Assembly (NCBI GenBank): GCA_040285825.1 | Contig: JAUPSS010000006.1 | Coordinates: forward strand, 682,001-746,000 | Direction of reading: 5' to 3' | Length of the DNA: 64,000 bases | Origin: Eukaryota sp. TZLM1-RC | Taxonomy: Eukaryota > Protista > Metamonada: BaSk clade | The notes under the pieces: generated by a model | Told to the model about the DNA's origin: nothing | What the model saw: the letters and a program-made list of their open reading frames with translations, nothing else | Database searches by the model: none | Program-made: the position numbers and the translations under genes | In this document: one piece after another, positions 22,948 to 36,150 of the stretch | Layout: the number at the start of each line of letters is the position of its first letter | How positions within the stretch are numbered: position 1 is the first letter of the stretch

Positions 22948-23844
22948 CACGCAATATTTGGAGCGCCGAAGTCAATCCATTCAGATAATGGTACTGAGTT
23001 CTGTAACGCTGTCTTCGCCTCGTTATGTCAACTCTTAAACATAACCCATACCACCTCCATCCCACACTTTCCCCAATCCAATGGTTTGGTTGAAAGACAA
23101 CACCGTGTCATCCTCCAGAATCTAAGGAAGATTCTTCTGGACTTTGCTGATTACGAAAATTGGTCTGATTACCTCCCGTTCTGCCAAATGATAGCTAATA
23201 GCTATCACCGAAAATCCCTCAACGCAAGTCCTTATGAACTCATGTTTGGATCCGATGTTTCCCCCAGATTGCTACCCTCTGAAGTTCTACAAGCCTTGTC
23301 ACCTAAACCATATAACTTAGATGTCCCTGAATACATGTTATTCCTAGCCAATCTGTCTGCCCAGGTTCAAGACAAATGGAATGCTGTCCCAACACCTGAC
23401 CTGCCCGATATAGATCCTCCGTAACCTACGTACAAACCTAAAGTTGGATCCCGAGTTTTCATTTTACGAGAAACTCCAAGCAAGTTACATGGTCATTATG
23501 TAGGTCCTTTTATCGTGAAAGAAATCTTAACTCGAAGTTCTCTCGTAGTTCAAAACCCGGTTACACGAACACAACTGAAGACTTCCATCCATTTACTCAA
23601 ACCCTGTTTATCCTCCCTGCCTGATAATATTCTGAATGCGTACGTTGCTGCCGACGCTGGTGAACTATTAGTCGATGCCATTCTAGATGTTTCCAATGGT
23701 CAAGCTACCATCTTATGGTCTGACGGAACTCAAACTATCCAGCCAGAAGTTACCGTAAAGAACACCACCGCTTATCACCGGTTTATGAAGATGATGAGCC
23801 TTGACAAACCCAGAAGAAGAGGAAAAAGAAGAAAGAAGAGGTAG
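22948..23844 (+). pseudogene. Gypsy integrase (from the second catalytic Asp onwards) with one internal stop
   Basis: IHSDNGTEF, SNGLVERQH, YVGPF, chromodomain-like tail and basic end KPRRRGKRRKKR. Confidence 0.85.
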
Positions 23845-24030
23845 TGTAGGCTCATGCCAAATAGGTTATAGTTATATTTGTGTATTAGTAGTTACAGTAT
23901 CACGTGATGCCACGTCATCACTTATTTATCTAGACTCTTGTTCAAATTCTCCTGATTATTCACACCCTTGTAATAAACACCCTGATTTCCGTTTATTACC
24001 TCGATGCATCCCCATATTGACCCAACACCA
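23845..24030 (+). repeat. 3' LTR (~185 bp)
   Basis: PPT AGAAGAAAGAAGAGGTAG|TGTAGG; CACGTCATCA at 23911; AATAAA at ~23972; ends CAACA/CACCA. Confidence 0.65.
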
Positions 24031-24129
24031 CCAATTAAGTATGATCATCATCGTCTGATTTACTTTGATGGTCACTCAACCTGCTTGTTTGAAATTATTA
24101 ATAGTTGTAATCCCTATCACTATATCAAT

Positions 24130-24780
24130 AAGAAAGTATCACGTCATCTGTAGTTTAAATTTGTGCTTTGTTTTGATTTTATGATTTTCATAACTCTTTT
24201 AGTAAACATCTGTTTTATTTATTTATGTTTATGACCAATAGTGCACGTTAGACAACAGTAATTACTTCAGCTGTGCTCCCTTGTCCTAAGACTTGTATCA
24301 TTGGCTGCGACCTTGTCAGGAAGCTTGGAATCCTTACAGAGGACTAGCTATTATTGAACAGATGAGAAAGAAACATACAACTCATGGAAGATGAAGTCAT
24401 TCCTGATCAGTTCATCGCTCCGTCCGATCTAGTCTCTGTCCTATCCTCGTGAGCTGATTTAGAGAAAGCCACATTTTTCCTAAATGATACCAAACTGGAT
24501 GCTCCATCAAGGATTTGCTGTTTGAGTATCCCAAAATATTTTCAAGGTTATCCGCTATTAAAGGAACTGAATGTCCTCCGATGAGAATCCGTTTTCATGA
24601 CGAGACAAAAATAGTATCGAAGAAGTTCCGCTACTTACCCCCTGATAAGCTGACATTCGCTAATGAGGGAATGGACGTCCTAATCAATGATTGTTTTGCT
24701 GTCCCATAGGATGGCTCTTGGAGCTTTACTAACTGTTAAGTACATCACCCTGGTAAGCCGCCACGCCTCATCGTCAAAGG
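24130..24780 (+). mobile_element. LTR remnant (ends CAACA at 24257), protease tail and RT N-terminal fragment
   Basis: GTGCACGTTAGACAACA|GTAATTACT; IGCDLVRKLGI; RYLPPDKL...GKPPRL. Homologous to 53665-54250. Confidence 0.65.
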
Positions 24781-24894
24781 TATACCTAATAACAGAAACC
24801 CTAGCTAGTAACACTCATTATTAACAGCTTCAACCAAGGTATAAACAAGAAATCCTGAGAAAAGATATCTGTGACTCATACATTCTTCTCATAA

Positions 24895-26850
24895 CATGCA
24901 GCAACAACAGCAAACTCAGAACAAATAGAAGAACGACGGGCTAACGGACCCGGATCCAACCTCCTCTTTCAAAAAAGAAACAGTTGATAGAGCTGACGAG
25001 GTCCCTCCTTCTGCGAATATAAATGTCAAAGGAACATGGGTGAACCCAGATCCCACCTCTCCTTTTGACCAAAACGTGGTACAATAGATAACCAGAATAG
25101 ACACGGCTCCCTCTCCATTCTCAAATGTAGAATCCAGTAAGCAGATGGATGTAGATCCCACCTTACACACAACAACCCCTTCCTCCCTACCCTACCCTTG
25201 AAGGGCATGATGAATTTCATGCTCAACTAGATGGCATGGAAGGGGAAGACGACTCCAAAGATGGATTCTACGAGCTCTTGAGAAAAGACAAGGAAGCCTA
25301 CCTCAAACCAACAGAGTTTTGTTTGTTTGAGCAGCTCCCTCATCTATGGAGTTCAATTCAAAAAAGAGACACAAACATTCGTTTCATGACCCTTGATTTC
25401 GTTGGCGATACCCACAATGATATTTGAAATCCCCCTAGACATTCCATGAAAGAAATTGAACTCATTAAGCTTTGGACAAGCTCAGTAGAGAAGCAAAACG
25501 ATGTTCCAGACTCTCGGGAACGGACAAACGGATCAACGAGATCATGGTCACTCTAATCAAAGAAATTTTGATGTACTCTTCATTCGTGATCTGGATATCA
25601 ATTTACCAATTATCCTGGCTGCTGAATACATGAGTTGGTGTTCAGCCAGATCCTTCGATGAGCAAAGGGCTAACATCAGTGATAGCTATCAACAACATAT
25701 GGGTCACTATGTTAGAGCAAACCCAAAGAACAATAAACGAATAGGCAAATTTAAGCATGCGTTCCAGCGTCGCCCCTGCTCAACTCAGCAAAAGAAGCAA
25801 GTCACAAATTAAGAAAGAAAGTGATGAAGCTGGTCCCTGTAGATTCTGTGGTATTCCAGGCCACACTATAAATGAATGTTCTGACCCTGATTGCCAGCGA
25901 TCCGAGCAATGGCGAGATGCCAACCCAGATGCAGTTCAAACATATTTGGCAAGAAGAATTAGTAGTAGTAGAGGCAGAGGTAGACGTAGAGGAAGAGGCA
26001 AGGGCCCTTCCAGCAGTAATAAACGTGCACATAAATATCCACTGTTTACTATAGAGCAGGATAGCTCTCCAACATGTAATACATCAAAGCAACGTTCCAG
26101 CAAATGTTCATTGTTTTCAATAGAGCAAAACAGCTCTACAACATGTAAAACACCAACGAAACAAACCTCAGTCTCCAACCAGTAGATTAAGTGTTTAACT
26201 AATCCTTTAACTACCCAGAATCTTAAATCAGCTAAAACAATCGAAACACCAAATAAACCTTGTTTCAATTATGAGTTCGACTCGAACCCAGACTCAGAGT
26301 CCCACAGCGATATATTCATGGTTCGCACCTCAGATGTCGCACGCATAAATCTAAAATTTAATTTTTTAATAAATAATTGCAAAATAGAAGGGATCATCGA
26401 CTCTGGAACTTCGATATCAGTCATCAATGTTGACTTAGCAGAGAAATACAACTTGGTAAAGACAAACCATTGCATAAATTTTAAGTCTGCAAACAACATC
26501 ATGTCAAAGTCTTTAGGATCAGCAGAAGGCACTCTGAGCTTCAGACTCGGTACTGTAACCCAACTAGTTCATGTGAAACATAGCTTGCCCATCATTCCTG
26601 GCAACAATATGTTACTGATTGGTAGAGACCTGTTGCATCACCTAGGCTTATTGAACGATGAAGACCTCTTCATCAAGATGGATGAGGAACATCGTACATT
26701 ACTTCTACCTGAGGCTGAATTCGACCATCGAATCTCCATAGTCTCAGATGTCGTCAACGTCCCCAGACGTTGGTTGGAGCACATACAGTTTTCTGGTTGT
26801 ACTATTAACCTCGACTATCCATCATTTTCAAAATATTTGTATGACCTTGA
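24895..26850 (+). mobile_element. Degenerate Gypsy gag-protease region
   Basis: CRFCGIPGHTINEC (CCHC knuckle), an RG-rich tract, IIDSGTSISVIN and LLIGRDLLHHLG. Confidence 0.85.
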
Positions 26851-28634
26851 TGTTGCTATTAATAAAATTGCACCAGAAATTTGGTGTCAATGTTTTCCCG
26901 ACTCAGTTCAAGATAATCCTCCACGAAATTTAGTTAATTTAAGGAATTGTGTGAAGAAGCTTTAACAAAAACTGACAGTAATATTTGAAGGCCTGGATTA
27001 TGAAGTACGTCTTGGCATGGCCAAACAGAAAAATCCCGCTTCTACAGATTTTTTACTGGATGTTTGTGATAGTTCTGCCTATATATATATATATCGATTC
27101 TATTCTATATATATGAAGGTACTCAGTAGTGAGATACCTACATTCGTTTACACAACCAATTCCTGATTTTCCCCTGGTTTAACAAATGCCGTAAGATTTT
27201 CAATTATTTGTTCAGATGTTTGAATTAAATTTTGCCTACTGGAATTTTCATTTTGTGTGCTTAATTCACCTTTAGACAACAAAATACAAAAATTTGAACT
27301 CCCAATCACTGGACTTCTTTTTGCTTAACCTTCTTGCTCCTTCTCTCATGGTTGATTATAAAATGGGTTTCTTACTGGACTACCAAGAGTTACCACAACT
27401 GCGTCAAGCCATAAAAGAAATGGATCAATCTGCAAAAGAAGCCTTAAAGTTTTGCCTTTTCCACGCTACAGAAGACACGTACTCACTATACGTACATTTT
27501 CCTCAGTAAATCTGAGTCTGAAGTAGGTCTTTTCTTTGGATCTACCAAACCTTCCTTGGAAAATGAATAAAGAAGTTGTGACGGGATATCTTAAATGCAG
27601 CTGACGTCACGGACATTTCAACAGAATTGATTTCACTGAATTTCTAAAATGTTTACAGAATGGAAATCTTCTGGGAGTGTCCGGTACAGGCAGGTCTATT
27701 AACATCATGGACAGTTGGGGAATTCCCCACCATAGATGTAAAAATGAAGGTTTATAGTTGTCTGGTGTCGACAGTTCAATTGAGTCGGCTTATAGTCCCG
27801 AAATAAACCCCAAACAGGCGTTTTTTGGGCCGTTAGGAAATAAAGTGCGAAATAAATGCTGCAATAACTATCAGGAAAAATCTTCATCGTTAATTAAAAA
27901 AGTTTTAGAATCTGGAATGCGTATGGATTGTAGTAAATTGTTTGATTATGCTGGTTGGAAACATAATGAAGTTTACAAATCTCAATATTTCACTAAACCT
28001 CATCTGAGGCAGTATATGGGATGAATAAAATTTATCAGCAATATATAGGTGATAGACTATAGGTAGGTGTTTATGTCATCAATAAAATCACAAATCTGCA
28101 AATGCTATGTGAAAACATGCTCAACAATCATTCTGAAATGCATGTTTCGGAATCAGATGACTTGTGGGCAGTATCTTCAGCTTGATCAACCTTTTCAAAT
28201 GCACATCTTCTGAAGACCGGTAGTCCTGCTTGATTACTAGAGACAGTTCTAATTAAATCGTTGATGACTGTCAAAAAAGCATGTGCCACTGTTGATATTG
28301 GAAGATAAATACTCCACTCCAGTGATTCACATCTTCGATCCTTGCTGATACATCTGTGATGAATGAAGACATTCTCAGAATGTTTCCAAAGTTTTCTCTA
28401 TATGTAAAGAACTCCCTTTCTGCGTCCTCGTTGGAATTTACCTTGCATTAATTGAATTGGAGTTTATGGAGGGCTAATTTGGCGTCATGGAGCGAGTTGA
28501 ATTGGCTCCTCCTACAGAGAAGCAGTAGAATTTCTGCGTCTGTAAGATTCGTGCTGATATTCTCTCGTTGTTTCCAAAATGAAATGATTCTTCCACTGTT
28601 GCAACTCGAAATACCTCAGGGGTTGGTTTTTGGG

Positions 28635-29350
28635 AGCTTTTTTTAGTTGCTCGCTGACCTGTTGTCTTGAAACACAATATTTTTAGGAGCTGTGCTCAGT
28701 TTCTAAATTTCCCCTGGCCCAAGAAGTACGCCGACTGTGTGCTTGAAAGGAAATAGCTAGATGAGTCAATTTTGTAATGGCATCAACAAATACACCAGCA
28801 TATCTTGGTACAAGTTACCAATGAAGTGTTTGATACACTGACCGGCAACGGATTTGCTGTACCCTACGAGGATCCCTGGAGCTCCCATATCTGTCTAGTC
28901 CAACGTTCTGATAAGCCTCCAAGATTAACTGGTGACTACTCCGGTGCCGACCAAGTCGATGATCTTTCCGTCTCCGTCCCCGCTGGGCCAGCCTCCCAAA
29001 AATCACTGACGTGTGCCAAATCCTCTCTGATTCCCATTATATTGCTACTCTCGATCTCCCCAAAGCCTTTTGGCAGCTGAACCTCCATTCTGACGACCAA
29101 AAGAAGTCCGCTGTAGCATCCATAAATAATTTTGTTAAAAGCTGCATCAAAAAAGTTCCTGAAGAACACTGTTATCAGACATCATTTTTGGCTCAGGGAA
29201 CATTAAATCTTCTTGGAAATTTTTTAAAGTTATCCAAAGCAGTATCAGAAATCAGTCGAAAATTTGGTTCTTCTCGTTATAGTATTGATAAAACGTTTCT
29301 CAAACTTATTGCTGTTATGACAATTGCTGTAGGTAATAGATCTTCGGATC
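28635..29350 (+). other. Tripartite chimera: SAMD9-like SIR2-region piece / Gypsy RT piece / SAMD9-like post-NTPase piece
   Basis: 28635-28810 matches 54775-54950. 28811-29112 encodes FAVPYEDPWSS...PRLTGDY...TLDLPKAFWQ. 29112-29350 matches 49530-49765. Confidence 0.75.
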
Positions 29351-29559
29351 TGCTGGTATGGGTTGTTTCAGAAACACCATTCTTACTTCCCAACTATCTT
29401 CTAACGGAGTTTCGTCAAGGGAATTGACATGATCTCAAGAATTTTCTTCCGTTACTCGCAAATTATACAGATTCACCATTGGAGTATGATTTTCATTCTC
29501 GAAATCACCTTGATGGTGATCAACATGATCGTCAGAGCAACCTATCAAACAGAGGATAT

Positions 29560-30360
29560 CTTCAGCAGATATCATGTCAGTATCTCCTCGCCCGGACACT
29601 GACTCTTGTCAAATTTTCATGCAACAGTACGACAAAGATGCTTTTAGCATGCATACAACATCAGTAGAAATAGTAGAGTCGAATGAAGAAGAGGATTCGG
29701 GCTCGAGACCACCCTCCGCCCCTCCTCAAGAGAAACCAATGGAACCAGGCACGGAACCACCTCCCGCCTCTTCCAAACCAAAAACAATGGAACCAGGCAC
29801 GGAACCACCTCCCGCCTCTTCCAAGTCCAACAAACCAGAAAAGGTTTCAGGAACGGGACCACCCCCCTCCTCACCTAAAGATAAAAATGTTGGGTCAAGC
29901 TCAGATACTTCGTCTGTTCTGAAGGACTATGAAGAACTTCAGTCTGTTTTAGAAGAAATGGACGACGAAGAGAAAGAGCTTCGCCAACAGATAATGAAGG
30001 ACGCGGAAGCTCACCTTGAACCTACAGATTACTGTTTGTTCGAGCAGCTCCCTCCCCTTTGAAAGCAAATATCAAAATCTGGTAGAAATGTGGGATTCTA
30101 GACTCTGGGCCATAAAGGGGACCCTAATAGAGTCTACGAATTCCCTCAAAATGAGAGAAGAGAACTCATAAACGCGTTGGACACTTTGAGTAGAGAGACC
30201 TATGGACGTGGGGCAGAACGCCGTCCTAGGATAACCAGTTTGGACAGAGAAATCCATGTAATTCTGGCAAAACCAATCAAATATAGACCTGATTGGGAAG
30301 CCATTCACTTCGACCAGTTCGGGAGAAGGATCAGGTTCTTGGCCATCGAACGAAGGAGCA
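29560..30360 (+). mobile_element. Gypsy gag N-terminal fragment with a 48-bp tandem repeat (29737 / 29785)
   Basis: HLEPTDYCLFEQLPPL is homologous to YLKPTEFCLFEQLPHL of the gag at ~25300; MEPGTEPPPASSK occurs twice. Confidence 0.65.
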
Positions 30361-31029
30361 CTCTTCATTCTTGGTGTAGTTCTTTCAGTTCATTCCCCCT
30401 ACTTTCGTATCATTCTTATAATGTGTCTCTGGTGAATCACCTCTCCTTCTTGATCATTCTCTTGATGTGCTCGTGCTTATTTTATCATGAAAGTGACTTC
30501 ATATTCACCACCATCCTTCTCCACACTGTATTCTACTTTATTTCAAATTCATACCTGGGACATTCAGTTTCCATTCCACACATGTATTTCCCAGTAAACT
30601 TCATTATACATTTCATTGACCTTAGCTTGCTGATTTTCATCACATTTACACCCTCTATTCCCTTATGATTACCCCCTATGATTTCCGACAACTGGGAGTT
30701 GAACCCACAAACATTGGGATTTCTACTGTTAATTTGTTGGAGGTGGTGGTACTTGAACCTAGAACATGGTTTAGAGTGGAAATCTTTATTCTTTATTCAT
30801 ATTTATTTATTATTAAACTAACTAAAATTTCTCGTGAAGGATGATTTTCACTGGTTTGGGTTTTAGTTAATTACCATGTTTTTACATTTATATGATATAA
30901 TTTACCATAGACCTTAAGTTTTTTGATTGAACACGATTTAAATTTGAAATTTTCCAATGCCAAAACTTAAGGTTTAGATGATTCTGATGATGAAGTTAGT
31001 GATGAACCCTGGAGACCCTTGTTACATCT

Positions 31030-32035
31030 GCCCTTGTTTGTTCTGCGCGAGAAGCCAGACAAACTTCACGGTCACTTCGTAGGCCCTTACGTTGTCCTTA
31101 GGATTCTCTCTTCTAGCTCCCTCTTAGTCCGTAATCCTGTTTCAGGATCGACACTCAAGACCGCCATTCATCTCGTGAAGCCCTGCCTGTCTTCTTTACC
31201 CCCAGAGATTCTGAATACTTGTGTGGCTGCTGATCCAGGTGAGCTAATCCTCGACGCTATCGTTGACATCTCTGCCGACTCTGCCACCGTCCTCTGGTCT
31301 GACGGAACCACCACCGCCCAGCCCGTCGATTCAATTAGAAACACTGCCGCGTACTCCAGATACATCAAGCTTTCCCCCAAGACCCATCGAAGAAGAAAGA
31401 CAAGGCAGTGTTAGCGGTAGCTAAACGTGACCTTCCTCTTTAGGAAAGATGATCATGACATCATAGATTTAAATTTCTTAGTTGTTTATTTTTATTTGAT
31501 TTCTTTATTTGAAAGTGAATCACGTCATCCAACGTCGTCTCCTTCTAATAGATCCTTCTTTCTTTATGTATTGTGCACGAAAAGCAACAGTAATTATTAG
31601 AGTTAGTAAGGAATCGTCTTGCGCCCACAACATTGCTCTAAATCATGCAGTTTTGCAGTTTCAACTCAGTCGCTCCCTATCTGAACCAACCGGTCGAGAA
31701 TCCGTCTCCCGCTATGTGGAAGCACTTAAGCTTTACGCGCAGCATATGTCAGCTCATGTTATGTCAGACATGACAATGTAAGAAAGAGTATTCATCTACA
31801 TAGATGACATTATAGTAGCTTCCAACAACTAGAAGGACTTTTCATCTACACTAAACCACATCCTCAAGCTCGTTATCGAGTCATCATTGCTCTCCATAGG
31901 TGCTCATTCCAGACCAATGAATACCCCATCAAGGTCCTTGGCTCAATATTTGAAAACGGTCAACGCCGGATTGATCCTACCAAGATAGAATCAATAACCA
32001 AGTTAGCCCCGCCAACCTCTATCTCAGAACTTTGG
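31030..32035 (+). mobile_element. Gypsy integrase tail - LTR (31409-31589) - gag start - RT core fragment
   Basis: GHFVGPY; AGAAGAAAGACAAGGCAG|TGTTAG...GCAACA|GTAATTATT; VFIYIDDIIV (YIDD at 31797-31808); IKVLGSIF...IDPTKIESITKLAPPTS. Confidence 0.8.
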
Positions 32036-35000
32036 TAAGTTTCCTTGTCCTCAAACTGAACGACTTTGCTCTTCAGAACCTACAAAAATCCAAAAACAAG
32101 TAGACTATACAGACACATGTAATCAGATCTTTCTTAACCGTAATCAATCTCAAACAGTTAAAAACTGAATGATTGATGATGACTCAGTCGTTTATGTATT
32201 TGTGATTAAAGACTCAAAATAAAGAGAATTACTCTCAATATTTGGTAGAGACTCTGGTGAAAAATAAACCAACAAATATCAGCGAAAAACACAAAATTAA
32301 AGTCAAAAATTCAAATGAATTCACCCAATAATACAAAACATTTAAATAAATTTACCATATATCCCCATAGCATTAATCACGTCCAAATTCGGTTAAAATA
32401 ACCAAGAGCAGCAAACGCACTCACTATATCAATAGTGTAAACAGTAGCAAAAAATTAACAAACAACTATATCATCAAAGTCAACATTAGCTTGAACAAGA
32501 GTAATAAGAACTTCAGCGCATGACACAAGGACGGAAAGAGCAAGGGAAAAAGAGCGATTCATTTAAGACCAACAGCAGTAGAAACTTGATGGCAAAATAT
32601 TAAACGAGAAGGAAATATATTGAAAGACCTAAAATACGGAAAAAGAGTAGTAGAGTTGAAACAAAAAACAACTGATCAAAAATAACAATATCAATATATA
32701 AATCTACATTACTATAGAAATCTGGGAAAGAGAAGGACAAATACAAATTAAAAATACAAATACAAAATAGGCTGGCCGGCAGGATGATAAAGTTGTGCAG
32801 ATGATTGAGTCGGCCGACATACTGTTCGGTGTTCGAGTCCGACTGTGTGACTTTTAATCTGGGTCACATAATGATGATCAAATCAGAGTGCTGAACGGTG
32901 ACAGTAATTGAAGAGGGATGAAATTGCGAGCAGACGATAAGTAAAAGAGAGATGCACTACCCACAAGCAAGGAATAGTGACGACAGTTAGAGATTGATCG
33001 AGCTTTGATGTCGGATGGAGGACCTAGAAATTGATAGTGTCTAGCCTCAGTCACCCAGAACGATAAGGGAAAACGATCCCCGGATCTAGAGTTGTCATAA
33101 TGAAAGGCGAAGAGGTCTAGTGATGGTGGGAGAAAATCAAATCCGATGACACCACATTTGCCCAAAACAAACAGGCATTTACCGAAGAACAAATCTGAAT
33201 TTTTAAAAAGCAGATAGGCAGGGCAAATAAATTGCATAATCACAGACGATTTTTAAACACGATGTTTATCCAAACTATATATACCATTTAAGAAATTATA
33301 TATAAGAAAATATAAGAAAAGAGATATGAAGAAAGAGAATTGAGTTGTGTCCAATCATACATTCAAATTCAATCAAGTAGTTTTGATACCAACATGTCAC
33401 TCTTCGGCAACATTCTTCACATTATTTTACGACCTACGAATTCAACCTTGTTTATTCTGTCAATAATGTTCAACTTATCATCAGTAACCTAGCACAACTT
33501 AAAGAACCTTGGTGAACCTTGGCTTTTACATTCCGAATCCTCCATCAAAGCCGATCGATCGGATACTATTGAACCTTAAAACTGTAAACATTACAGATAT
33601 CCTTTCAAGATATCCTCTAAAACCTTGCCAACCCAACTCTCTTCATAGTTCTTTCAGTTTTTTCCACGATCTTTGATGAATGTCTCTCCTTCTGTTGATG
33701 TGTTCGTGCTTATCGTACCCAGTAAAGAAACTACTCCTCCCCACTGAATTCTTCTTTTCCTTCAAGGTTGAGTACAAGGTAACATTCTGTTCTTTTCCAT
33801 ACTTGTCTTTCTGTTTCAACTTCTTTATGCATTTCATTGGCCTTACCTTGTTAATTTCTTTTGCCACAAAATATCGTGAAAACATAAATTTTGGACTCGA
33901 TGGGATTGAATCCGTGATTAGGGGTTTGTGTCTTATCACAATATCATTCAATCTTGGGTTCAGCCAATGTCAAACTTTGAGATCCAGTTGAGCCTAAAGG
34001 TTAATTTATAAGTGGATGTGCTAATGATGAACCTCTATTCACCTATGTCAAATCTAATGTTGATTTTGATAATGTAGATGTCATTGAATGTCAATCTGAT
34101 TCAAATGTTGCTACTGATTCTGCTACAAAACTGCTTTCATTTATTCTTGATTCAACTGCTAGTGATCATTGTAGGGTACTATTTCTCATCAATATTTTTT
34201 GCAATTCAGAGTCTTTACCAAATATTGAGAGTAATTCTCTTTATTTTGAGTCTCTGATCATAAATACATAAACGACTGAGTAGTCATCAATCATTCAGTT
34301 TTTCACTGTTTGAGATTGATTACGGTGAAGAAAGATCTGATTACATGTGTCTGTATAGTCTGCATGTTGTTGGATCTTTGTAGGTTCGATCCCTACATCA
34401 AATTTATTTTCGAATAAATTGAAATTGTTTACTTCAACAGAAACAGTTCATGCTCTTGTTCACAATAATTGATGTCAGCAGTAATAATTGTTATTGTAAT
34501 TGTTACAAGTTCTTTTTTTCCCAAAATTTTAAAATTTTGCTTATATAATCTGTATTGATGAATTGTTCAAATGCTTGAGAAGTAAACATAATTTCGTTCT
34601 CTAACATTTTTTCACCATTTGTTTCAATGAAAAAATTCAGTTTGTGAGTATTGCTGCATACCATACAAACACTGGAATTTTTTGTTTGTATTATATATCA
34701 ATGTACAACTAGTAATAAGTAAGAATCAATTTATAAAAACCAAAACTAATACAATCAACAATAACTAAAGTGGACTCTGTTCATTGGCAGGAACAATGTA
34801 GACTTTAACACTTTAGGCAGTTTCAACTTTTTTGGGCTAGGCATAGTTGGAGACGGGAATTTTAACTGTGTGTTCTGACGATCATTTCGATGGACATGCA
34901 CTTCTACGAGACTAGAATACATCTCGCTAATGGTGTCGTTCATTTTCACCAATATCTCATTATGCATTTTCATCAATTCCATGATTAGTTCTATAGTTAA

Positions 35001-35639
35001 CACACCTAATAATTCAGTACTGACAATTTTTTGAGAATTTGTTGGGTCAGAGGACTGAGAAGAATTGATTGTCAATCAGCACAAGGCAAAGAGACCTATG
35101 TTTTTGTACTGTGCTCGGCAGGTTCTGATTCGGTAACAGGTTATTTTGTACAGGACATCGGTACAAATTATTATCGTGAGGCACAGACACTGGGTTCAAA
35201 GCTGCCTCTATTATCTATATATTTTAATTTTTCAACTATTTTTTAAATCATTGAGAATAGCCAAGGGAATACCAGGCTAGATATCGTTGAGGTAGATAAA
35301 ACAGTAGTCGTAAAGGATAAGTTTTCACTGAGTGATAGACTATAACAACTAATGGATCATAACACATACCCATAGAGTTCTATCGGAAATTATGTTCTTT
35401 GACTGAGCAGATTGGTCAAGCACATAGCACCAAACTAGAAGAACTGGAAATCACATGAAAATCAGCCACATTCCTGAGCAGAACCAAATAATGAAAAAAT
35501 TTCAGCAAAAACATTCAATAATTTGGGTTCTCGGAAATATGACATTGCATGCAAAAATTGAAAAGAATGGTAACAAGTATTGAACGGAATCACCATTGGA
35601 ATAAATGGTGTAGTTAATAAATTTGGATTTATTCAAAAA

Positions 35640-36150
35640 GCCGATAAGGGTTGATCAGAAGCTCTTTGGTTTCATTTAGCTTTGTGAAATAAGCTTCTGC
35701 TTCTTTAGTCAAGCTGCAGAAGCATACAGACCAACTGGACCATGGAGAGAGAGTGCTTTTCATCGCATCAGGGCAGTAATCTTCTAAAGAAAATGACATA
35801 TGCAGGCCATTTTAAAAGATTAGTGACCGCAGACTCTATATTGCTGGGAAGTCGTTTGTTTCTCACTGAATTTTCGTATTAATTTTCACCACCACCAATA
35901 TAGGTGTTGGCTGTCATATTGAGCCAATGCACCAAGATATGCTGGTGTATTTGTTGATACCATTGGAAAATTGACTCATCTGGCTGATTCCTTTGAAGTA
36001 CACAGTCGGCGTACTTCCTGGGCCAGAAGCAATTTAGAAACTGAGCAAAGCTCCTAAAAAATATTGCGTTTCAAGACAACAGGTCAGCGAGCAACTAAAA
36101 AAAGGCTCCTCGCAGTTGAATTGCTCGACTGCGAAGAAGCGTGGAACTAG
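35640..36150 (-). pseudogene. SAMD9-like SIR2-region remnant (copy B)
   Basis: DNA copy of 4760-5300. Confidence 0.5.

Noticed and set aside
27079-27115. (TA)n tract as an element boundary
   Set aside because: It is a short microsatellite with no associated structure.
32070-32340. Alternative genetic code suggested by in-frame TAA/TGA conserved among repeat copies
   Set aside because: The long retroelement ORFs (395 and 462 aa) are open under the standard code and end at TAA/TAG. Shared stops are explained by duplication after pseudogenisation.
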